Shown: piece by piece, positions 1 through 9,546 of the stretch | Layout: each line of letters begins with the position of its first letter | Numbering within the stretch: position 1 is the first letter of the stretch | Virus record (IMG/VR): IMGVR_UViG_3300036546_000248 | Source: a virus | Taxonomy: Duplodnaviria > Caudoviricetes | Length of the DNA: 64,000 bases | Reading direction: 5' to 3' (one strand) | Made by a program: the position numbers and the translations under genes | Notes under the pieces: generated by a model | Database searches by the model: none | Told to the model about the DNA's origin: nothing | What the model saw: only the letters and a program-made list of their open reading frames with translations

Positions 1-18
1 CGCTGAATCTTCATGTAG

Positions 19-26
19 GTAATATA
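19..26 (-). promoter_or_regulatory. phiKZ-type early promoter motif TATATTAC
   Basis: GTAATATA on + (TATATTAC on -) just past the stop of ORF 30..317; matches the phiKZ early promoter consensus as recalled; a second copy with identical AGGTAATATAGGT context lies at 1130..1137. Confidence 0.6.
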
Positions 27-29
27 GGT

Positions 30-317
30 CTATGTTTCTTTTGAATCTGATTGTGCTTGGGGTCGTATTACCTCCACGGTTCGAAGGATGCGAGGTCTTT
101 GAAGGATAACCTTTAAGCGACCTTGGGGATCACGGTACAACAAGCTGGCATCGTGTGCCAGTAGGATGCGACCATCGGAGAGGGTATATCGTACGTTACG
201 AATCGAACGTTTGGACACCCCGTAACGTTGAGGCTCCACTCCTGTCACGATCGCACCCAAGATCGGAAGGTAGTCGTTTACTTGTAGCTTGAAGAGGTCA
301 ACGTTTAGGTTTTGCAT
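30..317 (-). CDS. hypothetical protein (95 aa)
   Basis: ORF overlapping the end of the upstream co-directional gene; no recognisable motif. Confidence 0.7.
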   Translation of the reverse strand: MQNLNVDLFKLQVNDYLPILGAIVTGVEPQRYGVSKRSIRNVRYTLSDGRILLAHDASLLYRDPQGRLKVILQRPRILRTVEVIRPQAQSDSKET

Positions 318-1072
318 TTAGCCCCCTTCTTGGTAGGGATTTTAACCGGTACCTGTTCGGGCGGATCAATAGGCAGTTTATCATCAGGGATTTCTGAAAC
401 CTCGCTGACAGTACCTTTGAACATAGCACGAATGTTGGGGTGTAGGCTATTTATCAACACCTCTGGATCAACGGGAGTATCGAAGTGCTTGATCTCCCGA
501 TCCAACACCCACTCTCGTTTCTCCTCGTTATAGACAGCTTCAATGTAGGACCCGTCGCTGGAGCTAGGGTCAACTGTTGAGGCCATCCGAAAGAGCAGGA
601 CAGGGTCGGTTTGAAAGATGTTCTTACTGGCATCGAAATAAAAGCTCCCACTCCCGCAGGCTTTCACTTTCCGGTTGGCAGGGCTCTTGTGAAAGATTCG
701 TTCGTTAATGAACAGTCTCACACAGTCACCGGTTTCCAGACACAGTAGAAATGTGGAGGGTGTGGGCAAACCAACGATTTTGTAGATCATCTCCTCGCTA
801 CCCGAGAAGGAGTCCAGAAATTGTTCTAAAGGACACTGTAGTCGCTGCATGAACTCACCAAAGGCTTTCATGCCTGACGTAGTGCCTGCTGCCCCCATGA
901 GTTGGATTTGTCGACAACTGTCCCAGAAGAAACCTGGACCAAAGGTTTCTAACTTGGTCGTTCGATCGTTTACGAGATCGGTGTCGCCTTTGACCCCCAC
1001 GAAGCCCTTTTGTCGAATCGATGCACGGGTGTCGGCAATGATGCGATCACCCAGATAAACTACTGTGGTCAT
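305..1072 (-). CDS. HslV/proteasome-beta-like Ntn peptidase
   Basis: N-terminus MTTVVY..IIADTR (Thr1 nucleophile after Met removal) and GSGS motif (ACGSGS). Confidence 0.65.
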   Translation of the reverse strand: MTTVVYLGDRIIADTRASIRQKGFVGVKGDTDLVNDRTTKLETFGPGFFWDSCRQIQLMGAAGTTSGMKAFGEFMQRLQCPLEQFLDSFSGSEEMIYKIVGLPTPSTFLLCLETGDCVRLFINERIFHKSPANRKVKACGSGSFYFDASKNIFQTDPVLLFRMASTVDPSSSDGSYIEAVYNEEKREWVLDREIKHFDTPVDPEVLINSLHPNIRAMFKGTVSEVSEIPDDKLPIDPPEQVPVKIPTKKGAKCKT

Positions 1073-1129
1073 GGTCTGACTCGCTTAGAGTTTGATAGTG
1101 TAGGAGATGAGCTTCATCTATTCGAATAG

Positions 1130-1137
1130 GTAATATA
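1130..1137 (-). promoter_or_regulatory. phiKZ-type early promoter TATATTAC with upstream AT-rich TTTAAA
   Basis: minus strand reads AAAATATATTTAAACCTATATTACC, about 60 nt upstream of the 305..1072 start. Confidence 0.7.
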
Positions 1138-1157
1138 GGTTTAAATATATTTTCGAT

Positions 1158-1186
1158 GACGGCATATACCCGCCCGTAGGCGGGTA
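1158..1186 (-). terminator. GC hairpin followed by TATGCCGTC on - strand
   Basis: TACCCGCC-CGTA-GGCGGGTA stem-loop right after the stop of 1191..1907; GACGGCATA on its left. Confidence 0.65.
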
Positions 1187-1190
1187 CAGG

Positions 1191-1907
1191 TTACCAATGG
1201 GCACTCGGCGGCTCTTGGTAGGAAAGCATGTCGGCGTGTAGGACCTTGATGCCTTTGTACTCCGAACTGCTGAGCTGTCGGACATTCTGGGCGTCTTCGG
1301 TATCCCACTCTTTCATCGACCGAGTAAAGGTCATGATCCAATAACCTTCCGTCAGGGTCAGTCCTTTGAAAGCACGAACTTCGCAGCCTCGATTGACTTC
1401 GAACACCACCTCCACTTCCCAGATGCTGTTGCCTTTAAGAACGTTCTGGGTACTGACAGTGCGGTAGAAGAACTTACCGATTACCTTGGCAGGGTAGCTC
1501 CACTTCTTAGCCGTGTAGGGCACCAACCAGCGCTCATCGCTGATGCGTACATCGTTAAGAAGCTTCTTCTTAGGCAGAAGGCTGATTTCACTTTCAAACC
1601 CATAGATGTACCACCCACCCCTCCAACCATCGTCTACATCGTTATCGAGGAACTCGTTGATGTCGTTCTGGTAGCCCAAGATACAACCAATGATCGTAGG
1701 TGCGGTCGAAATACGCGGAACCGTGCGGTCTTCTTTCTGTGCAGTGCGACGCGTCAGCGAAGGAACGAACTGCTTGATCTTAGGGTCGAGTGAGATGTGG
1801 TAAAGCCACCGCTGACCCAGTTCGCTGGGGGATACGATCGTGACGTTCTCAGCGACTCCGTTGTTAAAGTTGGAGAGGTATTTCTCCATCAATTCTTTAT
1901 CATTCAT
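1191..1907 (-). CDS. conserved phiKZ-like protein, probably virion-associated
   Basis: 238-aa ORF directly downstream of the prohead protease; shares the C-terminal PPSAxW motif with it. Confidence 0.7.
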   Translation of the reverse strand: MNDKELMEKYLSNFNNGVAENVTIVSPSELGQRWLYHISLDPKIKQFVPSLTRRTAQKEDRTVPRISTAPTIIGCILGYQNDINEFLDNDVDDGWRGGWYIYGFESEISLLPKKKLLNDVRISDERWLVPYTAKKWSYPAKVIGKFFYRTVSTQNVLKGNSIWEVEVVFEVNRGCEVRAFKGLTLTEGYWIMTFTRSMKEWDTEDAQNVRQLSSSEYKGIKVLHADMLSYQEPPSAHW

Positions 1908-2003
1908 TTCAGTTTACCGTAGCAGGCGGGTAAGTGGAATCATAGATATCCCTTGTTCAACGGGGCATAACAAAGCTGCTGGCGAACCAGCAGCTTTGCA
2001 TAC

Positions 2004-2765
2004 TTACCAGCGAGCGCTTGGGGGCAGTACCAGATCGGAACCGACCTTCTTCTTCCAACCGAAGTCGACGAAGATGGTTTTGCAGATCTCGTTAACCGAC
2101 TCCATGCCTACACCCTTGGCTTCACCCAGACTCTCCACCATCTGACGACTGAAAACCGCATCGTCAAACGATTCCAGAGAAGGCGAGTGCCACTTCTTGG
2201 CAACCGCGATACCCGGCTCATTCACGTAGTCCCACGTGATGATGGAACGGATGTGCTTAACCAGACGACCCCCTTCAACCCGATCGTCAGTCAGACTGCG
2301 AACCGAGAAGCAGACGTTTTCATCCTTGCTCTCCAAAGAGGCACGAAGGAATTCGCCTTTAGGACCACTGGGTTTAACGCGACCCACAACAGCAACCACG
2401 CGATTGCCGTCTTTGTCTTTGACCGCGTTCTGTTCCAGACGCACATCTTTGAAGTGACAACAGACGTTGTCTTCGTAGATGGTCGACACCCGTTGGAGGA
2501 AGCTCGACATGTTCTGGTTGGGGTCTTTCTTCGGGTGACCGTATTCACCGCGACAAGCCCCAGTTTCAATCCGACGCATCAGAGTCGAAGACGCTTCGAA
2601 CAATGAACGCGCCGTAGACAGCGGGTAGAAAGCTCCACCGCTGTTGTAGCAGTCCAACCCACCCAGCACCAGTTCGTAGTAGCCATCGCTGTCAGCCGAA
2701 AGCTTACCCGTCTTATTGGTGCCGACTAGGGCGGTACAGCCATAGACTACCCGTTCTGTAGACAT
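2004..2765 (-). CDS. prohead (head maturation) protease, phiKZ gp175-like
   Basis: motifs RGEYGHP, VCCHF, FSVRS, TWDYVNEPGI; synteny upstream of the vRNAP genes. Confidence 0.9.
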   Translation of the reverse strand: MSTERVVYGCTALVGTNKTGKLSADSDGYYELVLGGLDCYNSGGAFYPLSTARSLFEASSTLMRRIETGACRGEYGHPKKDPNQNMSSFLQRVSTIYEDNVCCHFKDVRLEQNAVKDKDGNRVVAVVGRVKPSGPKGEFLRASLESKDENVCFSVRSLTDDRVEGGRLVKHIRSIITWDYVNEPGIAVAKKWHSPSLESFDDAVFSRQMVESLGEAKGVGMESVNEICKTIFVDFGWKKKVGSDLVLPPSARW

Positions 2766-2769
2766 ACCC

Positions 2770-3495
2770 TTACCTTCTTAAGAGTCCTTCGATCGGCTCG
2801 ACCGTTTCTGTCGGATTCACCAAAGCAGAGGTGAGGCCTTCTTCCCAGTACGCACCGATCAGTTTTGCTGTGGTGTTACTCGCCCCGTAGGTGACACTAC
2901 GCAACGGGATAAACGTCGGAACCTGAGTCCCCAGATCCTGCCGATCATTCAGCTGGTGGCGGAAGTACTTGGTACGGTCTTTCTCCGAACGACTGATTGC
3001 TGCCATGATCATTTCGATCACCGCAAAGTTAGCACCCACCGAAACACCCGCATGGTGAGGCGCACTCTCAAACAGACGACCCATGTCTTCGTAACCCATA
3101 AACCAAGGAACGTTCCCCTTGGCCATGATCTCCGAGTAGATCAAATAGATGAAGGTGTCGGCCTTCACCAGTTCCGTACTGGAGATAACGGTGCTACCCG
3201 GATCGAAAACGAACTCCAGGTACTCGTCTTCTCCAACCTTAACGGTGTTTGTCACCGTGGGTTCGATGCGCATCATGGCCATGGCGGAGGAGACCCCATA
3301 GTACTGGTCATCCACCACAATGGCAAAGAGACCACAGATGTTAGTCTCGTTGCCCAACACAGCCAATTGTTGCTCGGCGAAACGGGCCGGGATGTAGATT
3401 TTCACCCCTTTGATCGCAACGACCGACCCGTCCTCGAGTTCCTTCAATGCAGCATGAACCTTCGAAGCGTCGCGTGTCAGCTTTTTAGGGTCCAT
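2770..3495 (-). CDS. conserved virion structural protein (phiKZ gp176-like position)
   Basis: 241-aa ORF tightly packed between the protease and the next structural gene; synteny. Confidence 0.7.
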   Translation of the reverse strand: MDPKKLTRDASKVHAALKELEDGSVVAIKGVKIYIPARFAEQQLAVLGNETNICGLFAIVVDDQYYGVSSAMAMMRIEPTVTNTVKVGEDEYLEFVFDPGSTVISSTELVKADTFIYLIYSEIMAKGNVPWFMGYEDMGRLFESAPHHAGVSVGANFAVIEMIMAAISRSEKDRTKYFRHQLNDRQDLGTQVPTFIPLRSVTYGASNTTAKLIGAYWEEGLTSALVNPTETVEPIEGLLRR

Positions 3496-3507
3496 AACGT
3501 TCTCGTG

Positions 3508-4950
3508 TTACGCCGAAGCGTCGACTTTGATCAGTTGTGTCAGCCAGTCGGCCACCACTTCCATTGCGCCGAAGAAGGCTGCTTCACGCACCGGAAGATC
3601 CGGATGAGCTTCACAGGCACTGTCGATGGCAACCAGGATGTCGAAGGCCATGGTGTGTGGGTAGATCACACTGCACACGGTCTTACGGACCGAGTAGTAC
3701 AGGTTTTCTTTCTGCCACCCATTCGGAAGGTTACGCATGTAGTCGTTCAGGACCGACAGGTACTTCTTGCGATCGACCAGCAGTTCGTCTTCCGGCAGCT
3801 GAAGGATCTCTTGTTCCACAGCCTTGTTCAACCCCACCAGGGTGTGGTTGTCCAGTTGCAGACGGCGCTCGCTTTGCAGCAGGCGCTGTTGGCGAGCCCA
3901 CGCATTTACGTACGCTTCTTTGCGCTCAAGCAGCAGGTTGTAGTTGCTCAGGCGATCGGTACAGAATGCACCGAAGAGTACATCCGGCGAACCGCCTTCT
4001 TGCAGCCACTTGTTGTACACGTCACCGTTGACTTCGATCACCACAGGGGTGATGCCGAGGTCGCTGACTTGATGCTGAGACCAACTGGAGACCAGTGTCT
4101 TGTTCTTGGCAGCTGCTTCGCGGCGCTCGATCTGACGACACAGAGCACGACCAGCTTGTGCCATGATTGCGGTGATGTATTCCTTGTACTGCTCAGGGGT
4201 GGTCTTCACACCTTCCGGAATGTTGTCCACCAGTTTCTGGGCAATCAGGAATACCAGCAGCGGTTGGTTCGGGCTGACCCGCAGGTAGTTCAGATACGTC
4301 AGAATGGTCGGAACGTAGTCCTCACTCTCCGTTACGAACAGACGGCGATACAGGTCGCTCAGGGTGCCGGGTTCCAGCGTACGAACCAGATCCATCAGCT
4401 CTTCATCGAAGCGCGTGAGACCGGTACTGATCAGCTCGAACTCGTTCTCCACGGTCGGCATCGGTACCTTGATGGACAGGCGAATGTCGTTGACAGCCGT
4501 TTCGGTGAAACGCTCCACCATCCCGGTCAGGTAGTGGCTCGACCACACCTTGTGGTAGTGAAGTGGGGTAATGCTGATCGCACCAGCATCAACCGCCTGC
4601 TTGTTGGAAACGTACTCTTGAGTCGCCTCCAGAACACGCTTGACCATCGGGTTGACCTTGTTCTGGGTCAGGTCGAGGTTGAAGTTGACAGTCTTCTCGA
4701 CCACATCAACAATCTCGTCCATCACGAGGTCGTGTTCACAGATACCCTGTTGGTTCTTGTACAGCGAACCCGAGAGCAGGCGATTCTCGAAGTCCAGACC
4801 AATCAAACCCCCTTGGTCAGGCATCGGGATGCTACCGGCACTGATCAGCGTCGCCAGCGGCGAGCTTTCAACAGGCGCCAAAGCGACATTGGCATTAGCC
4901 AACTTATCAGCCAGCGCAACTACGCTGTTGAGTGTGTTTTGACGAATCAT
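3508..4950 (-). CDS. conserved virion structural protein (phiKZ gp177-like position)
   Basis: 480-aa ORF with strong codon bias in the protease-vRNAP operon. Confidence 0.7.
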   Translation of the reverse strand: MIRQNTLNSVVALADKLANANVALAPVESSPLATLISAGSIPMPDQGGLIGLDFENRLLSGSLYKNQQGICEHDLVMDEIVDVVEKTVNFNLDLTQNKVNPMVKRVLEATQEYVSNKQAVDAGAISITPLHYHKVWSSHYLTGMVERFTETAVNDIRLSIKVPMPTVENEFELISTGLTRFDEELMDLVRTLEPGTLSDLYRRLFVTESEDYVPTILTYLNYLRVSPNQPLLVFLIAQKLVDNIPEGVKTTPEQYKEYITAIMAQAGRALCRQIERREAAAKNKTLVSSWSQHQVSDLGITPVVIEVNGDVYNKWLQEGGSPDVLFGAFCTDRLSNYNLLLERKEAYVNAWARQQRLLQSERRLQLDNHTLVGLNKAVEQEILQLPEDELLVDRKKYLSVLNDYMRNLPNGWQKENLYYSVRKTVCSVIYPHTMAFDILVAIDSACEAHPDLPVREAAFFGAMEVVADWLTQLIKVDASA

Positions 4951-5144
4951 TAGACCACCCCGTGTTTCTTGGTCAGTTTGCGTTGAATGACAGCGACCAA
5001 GGCACCCTTGGTAGCACCGTCGTTTTGCAGCTGACCATCGATGTGGTTGGAGACTGCATTGCCGGCAATGCGACGCATGATGGCTGCACCCAGCTCGGCG
5101 GCATTGGCGAGCACCGTGGCGTTTTGCTCGAATTTCTTACTCAT
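4950..5144 (-). CDS. small hypothetical protein (64 aa)
   Basis: stop overlaps the start of the downstream gene; upstream GGAAGG RBS. Confidence 0.65.
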   Translation of the reverse strand: MSKKFEQNATVLANAAELGAAIMRRIAGNAVSNHIDGQLQNDGATKGALVAVIQRKLTKKHGVV

Positions 5145-5178
5145 GGGAAGACCTTCCGTTTACTAAAAGGGAGGGGCT

Positions 5179-8100
5179 TTACGCCCCTCGATAAACCTTG
5201 ACGGCTTGTTTGGCAATCACCTTCAACAGGGTGGTGGTGGTACCGATCAAATCCGGCGACAACACGATACGGTTGCTGATACTGGTGTATCCGAAGATGG
5301 CATCCAGATCTTCACCGGACTCCGTGCGGTTCTCACCCGACATCACGCGCCCAAAGATGGTTTTCATTTGGTTGGCGAACACGCCCTTGTCACCGACCCC
5401 GGTCCCGATGTTCGAAGTGATATACACCCGTATCGCCATCGAATCCAAGTTCAGGGGATTACCCCCAATACGCAGTGAACTGTCCACTTGGCCGGTCAGA
5501 ACGGTTTTGTTCATCCCCTTGGCAAACTTAGCACGTGCTTTGTCTGCAGCCACGGCAACCGTCCGAATGGATTCGGACATGTCCTCCAGATCGCCGTTAT
5601 AGAAGACCTCGACCTTTTCGACTAGCCCTTCGTACTTGGCTCTAGGGGTTTGTGACCCCAACAGACGCAAGGTATCGATAGAGTTTTCATCAAACAGTTC
5701 GTTGTCCGCCGTCACGGCATCTTCAATCGTACATAAAATATCGTCCGCTTCAAGCTTTTGCCCAACTTTGACCAGAGAATGGAGCTTCTGATCAAAGGTG
5801 ACCACGATATCTCGTACCTTGGTGATCTTGGTACCCAGCTTGTTAGCCAAGCGCTCAGAGATCACAGAGGAGTCTTCCAGCGTGTCAGTCGATTCCAGCA
5901 ATGCCGTCTTTGCCAAGATCCCCGTCTTCATCAACAGGAATTTCGGATTCAACGGGTCGATTTGGAAATAGTTGGTGTTGTAGGCAATGGGTTCACCTAC
6001 CTTGAACTTATCGCCCGCTTTCAGTGGAGTGACCACATTGTGCGGGAACATGGTTCCGGCCACCGTACCAAACCGACGTCCTAACTGGATGCTTTTGGAA
6101 GTACCGTTCTTGTACGCGATGGTGATAGCCTCATCAGTCACCTGTACCACGGTCCCATCATCTTTAGCCGTTGTGGCGTAGAGATCATCCACTCGGTGAG
6201 CAACCATCTGCTCATAACCTGTCCGCACCATCGCAGGCTCGTAACCCTCCGAGAACATCGTCGAGTGATACTGAATCCCAACGAAGTTAACCCGCTTCGG
6301 ATCGTCTCGGTCGGAACCGGGAGAGATCAAGGCGGCTGTACTGAACAGTGTAGCGGGGCTGTCGTTTTTCGGATCGTAACGGTTGCTGGTACCCCGTAGC
6401 GATTTGAAGTTTGGATCAGCCGACAGGAACGTGTTGATTGCTACGTCCCCGGAGTCTACTGTCGCTTCAGAAATTACCCCCATGTCGTTGCGGTGATAAA
6501 TACGGCTTTTCTTAACCATCGAGCGACGGCTACGACCACCCGTACCTCCCATGGTAACGGCTTCTTGTTCACGCAAACATTCAATCGGATTGGATTCCTC
6601 CACCATCCCTTTTGAGGGGTCTTCTTGAATGGCTTGCCAGATTGCATTAGGTGGCATCTCGATCTTGTTGTTCGAGGCGCCGCGCCGTGCTTGGTGAGTC
6701 CGTATCGAACGCACCATTTCGGTGTAGACCGCTCCAGCAATACGCTCGTAACCCTTGATGCGCATGAACTCCATGTCCGTCTCTGCAGGCGACCAGTCAG
6801 TCGTCAACAGTTCAGTGGCACGAACCACCAACCCAATCCAATCGGTGGGTTCTTGCATTTCCACCAACAGGTCATGGGTGATCGGATCAATGAACATGTC
6901 TTTCAACAGGTCCAGTTCACGCAGGTAACGAATACCAATGCCATTAGCTTCCAAGACGTTCAGGTACACGTCCTTGCGGTCGAAGTCGTAAACGTTGTAA
7001 TTGCGGATGGTCTTGTGGTAGCTGTTAAAACCTGCCATAACCAATGCGACCAAGCGATCATCACGGTGGAAGACCAGGTTCTCATCAGCAAAGCGCACCA
7101 CATATTCCCCATCGGTCAATTTCAACCGATCCCCCACCTGAACACGGCGATAGGCCGAAGGCTTTAAGGCCTTGATCAGCTTCTCCAAGCCCAAGTAGTA
7201 ACCGAGTACCAGACCGATTGGAATCTCTTTGTTGTACACCTTAAGCTCAGCCACTTCGATAGGAGCTTTGCTAGTGTCCAACCCAATCAACTCCTCGATG
7301 CTCTCGATCGGTTGAGGTCCGCGGTTCTTCAACACAAACAACATGTTGCTCGGGTCAACATAGACAACATCCGACCCTTGCTTGCCGATAGGAGTCAATC
7401 CCTTGGCTTCAGGGCGGTTGACCGCCTTCTCACCAAAGTTCTCCATCAGTTTGCTGTAGTCGAAGAAGAAGTCAATCCCCTTAACCGTAAAGCTGCGGAA
7501 CTTGTGGGCCAACAGACTGTAAAGCTTAGGTGTCTTGTTGAGCGGGTTAAAGACGTTGGTGGGTTTGAGGTTTGTGACGCGATTGTCCTTACTATCCAAC
7601 CCGATCGCCATGATCTGGTTACACAACCAACCTGGGTAGTTGTGTACGGCTTTCTCAGACCGCGAGATAAAGCTCTTGCCGTAGTAGCTGGTCAGTGCCA
7701 CCCGATTCGGCAACACTTTACGGATGGGCATGTCGCCACGTTGTTTACGCAGGTGGTAACGCACCCCGTTAGCGAAGTATGTACCATCTTCGTGGATCTT
7801 CGGAACGCGGAAACGAATGGTGCTACCCACACCCGTCACAGGCGCCAGTTTGATGGCGTGAATTTCGTAATGGTTCATTACGTCTTCCACAGTCTCGACA
7901 TTATAGTCGGCCACCACCACCCCTGCGTTCTGTACGGACATCACCGAGTTCACGATGTCTTTGGGCAACACCTCCTGCACATAACGCGAATCGAATTCGA
8001 ACAGCGTCGACTTCAACATGCGTTCATCAAACACCTCAGCGTTCTTCGGCATCTTGGGTGGATTGGAGATCTTAAGGACCTCAGGTTCCAACCGCATTAC

Positions 8101-9498
8101 GTCTTCGAGTGTACCTTTTCCACCGTAGGGGTTAGGGAGCGTTTTGTACGTACTGGCCAAACGTTCAGCACGCTTGTATTCAGCACCGGACAACAACCCA
8201 GCATCGGCCATCTCGTTGGCCTTATCCATAATCCCTTTTTCAACATCCCGTGGGGCTCCGGTGACTTTGACCAGTTCCACAGGCGCTTCTTCGGCGAAAG
8301 CTACTTCTTCTTTGACCTGCTCAATGACTTCCAAACCTTCGAGTTCTTTCTCAATTTGGGCATCATCCAACTCGGCCTGACGGATCAGATCGTAGTCTTC
8401 TTTAAGGAGTTCGGCCAACTCGTCTTCGAAGTTGAGGTCGGAGGTGTTTTCGCTGACAGGATCGCCCTTGACTACCACCAGCTCAGGCTTGGTTGTTTTG
8501 CCCTTAACATCAAGGTCGTCTTGTTGCTTACGACGCCCATCACTGATACGAGTCGGACCGTCATCGTCCTCGTCATCGGGCAAGATAACCTCTTCCTCTT
8601 CCTCGCTTTCCTCAACCTCCTCTTCAAGGTCAACAATCGACCGCGATTCGATGAGGTGCATCAGGCCACGCAGGAAACGCTTTTGCAAAGCAAACGAATC
8701 CAACCCCTCGGCCGTCCCTTCCTCGACATTAGCGGTTTTGCGCCAAGCATTCAACATGCCGATGTTGATGCAGAACCAACGGTCCTTATAAAGGAAAAGA
8801 AGATTCAGGCGGTCCAGGTTTTTAAGCTGGAGCCTCGACATTGGCGATTCACTGCGGTATTCACCCAACCACGTCCAGATGTCCAAGACGTCCAGCGATT
8901 CGTTGGTTGGAAACTTCTCTAGCGTATTGCGCACAATGCTTTTTTCAGCACGGCGCAGCGCCGAGATCGAAGGCAGTACTTCCGGCAACACCACCTTCAG
9001 AAAGAGATGACGCTCTGGGAATTGAGCCGCTACCTCATTGAGCTTGTCCCACATGGTGTGGCGAATGTTCGCCCACTTGTAATAGGAGGCAAAGAAGTTG
9101 GCGGTGTAGCGCTTCACAAACTGCAACGGAGCAAAGTTCTCCACGACCAAAATCCGTGGGTTCGACATCACCGTTTCAGGATTCAGCAGGGGACGTATCT
9201 TGCCGCGGTTGGCACGCTGGTAGTCACGTAGATGTTTATCAGCCGACCACACCACAGGTTTCGGATTACCGATCTCGCTGCGCAGTTGAGTGATGTGATC
9301 AACGTAGACGATGCGTTCAGCCGCCTTGACCAACGGATCATCTTTACCGATACCAATGCTGGTACTGTCTTCGGGGAGGTAACCCAACACTGCCCCACGG
9401 GGCAAGGCCAGATTCACCACGCTGTGGGTTTCGGGGGCAGTCAAGGCAACCAATCGACGAATACCGCGTCGACGGTACCAAGCAGGATAAAGAAGCAT
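5179..9498 (-). CDS. virion RNA polymerase beta subunit, N-terminal part (phiKZ gp178-like)
   Basis: beta-like motifs (RIYHRNDMG, DRDDPKRVNF, TGVGDKGVFANQMK); 1439 aa with an acidic linker. Confidence 0.92.
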   Translation of the reverse strand: MLLYPAWYRRRGIRRLVALTAPETHSVVNLALPRGAVLGYLPEDSTSIGIGKDDPLVKAAERIVYVDHITQLRSEIGNPKPVVWSADKHLRDYQRANRGKIRPLLNPETVMSNPRILVVENFAPLQFVKRYTANFFASYYKWANIRHTMWDKLNEVAAQFPERHLFLKVVLPEVLPSISALRRAEKSIVRNTLEKFPTNESLDVLDIWTWLGEYRSESPMSRLQLKNLDRLNLLFLYKDRWFCINIGMLNAWRKTANVEEGTAEGLDSFALQKRFLRGLMHLIESRSIVDLEEEVEESEEEEEVILPDDEDDDGPTRISDGRRKQQDDLDVKGKTTKPELVVVKGDPVSENTSDLNFEDELAELLKEDYDLIRQAELDDAQIEKELEGLEVIEQVKEEVAFAEEAPVELVKVTGAPRDVEKGIMDKANEMADAGLLSGAEYKRAERLASTYKTLPNPYGGKGTLEDVMRLEPEVLKISNPPKMPKNAEVFDERMLKSTLFEFDSRYVQEVLPKDIVNSVMSVQNAGVVVADYNVETVEDVMNHYEIHAIKLAPVTGVGSTIRFRVPKIHEDGTYFANGVRYHLRKQRGDMPIRKVLPNRVALTSYYGKSFISRSEKAVHNYPGWLCNQIMAIGLDSKDNRVTNLKPTNVFNPLNKTPKLYSLLAHKFRSFTVKGIDFFFDYSKLMENFGEKAVNRPEAKGLTPIGKQGSDVVYVDPSNMLFVLKNRGPQPIESIEELIGLDTSKAPIEVAELKVYNKEIPIGLVLGYYLGLEKLIKALKPSAYRRVQVGDRLKLTDGEYVVRFADENLVFHRDDRLVALVMAGFNSYHKTIRNYNVYDFDRKDVYLNVLEANGIGIRYLRELDLLKDMFIDPITHDLLVEMQEPTDWIGLVVRATELLTTDWSPAETDMEFMRIKGYERIAGAVYTEMVRSIRTHQARRGASNNKIEMPPNAIWQAIQEDPSKGMVEESNPIECLREQEAVTMGGTGGRSRRSMVKKSRIYHRNDMGVISEATVDSGDVAINTFLSADPNFKSLRGTSNRYDPKNDSPATLFSTAALISPGSDRDDPKRVNFVGIQYHSTMFSEGYEPAMVRTGYEQMVAHRVDDLYATTAKDDGTVVQVTDEAITIAYKNGTSKSIQLGRRFGTVAGTMFPHNVVTPLKAGDKFKVGEPIAYNTNYFQIDPLNPKFLLMKTGILAKTALLESTDTLEDSSVISERLANKLGTKITKVRDIVVTFDQKLHSLVKVGQKLEADDILCTIEDAVTADNELFDENSIDTLRLLGSQTPRAKYEGLVEKVEVFYNGDLEDMSESIRTVAVAADKARAKFAKGMNKTVLTGQVDSSLRIGGNPLNLDSMAIRVYITSNIGTGVGDKGVFANQMKTIFGRVMSGENRTESGEDLDAIFGYTSISNRIVLSPDLIGTTTTLLKVIAKQAVKVYRGA

Positions 9499-9546
9499 GG
9501 GTTAAGTCCTTAATGTCAAAAACAGGAAAGGGGAAAACGGACGACC

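Noticed and set aside
2956-4953. 665-aa plus-strand ORF, and similar long shadows at 7312..8922, 28539..29453, 29476..30243, 34773..35438 and 50619..51620
   Set aside because: All are antisense to well-supported genes and are explained by codon bias that removes stops on the opposite strand.
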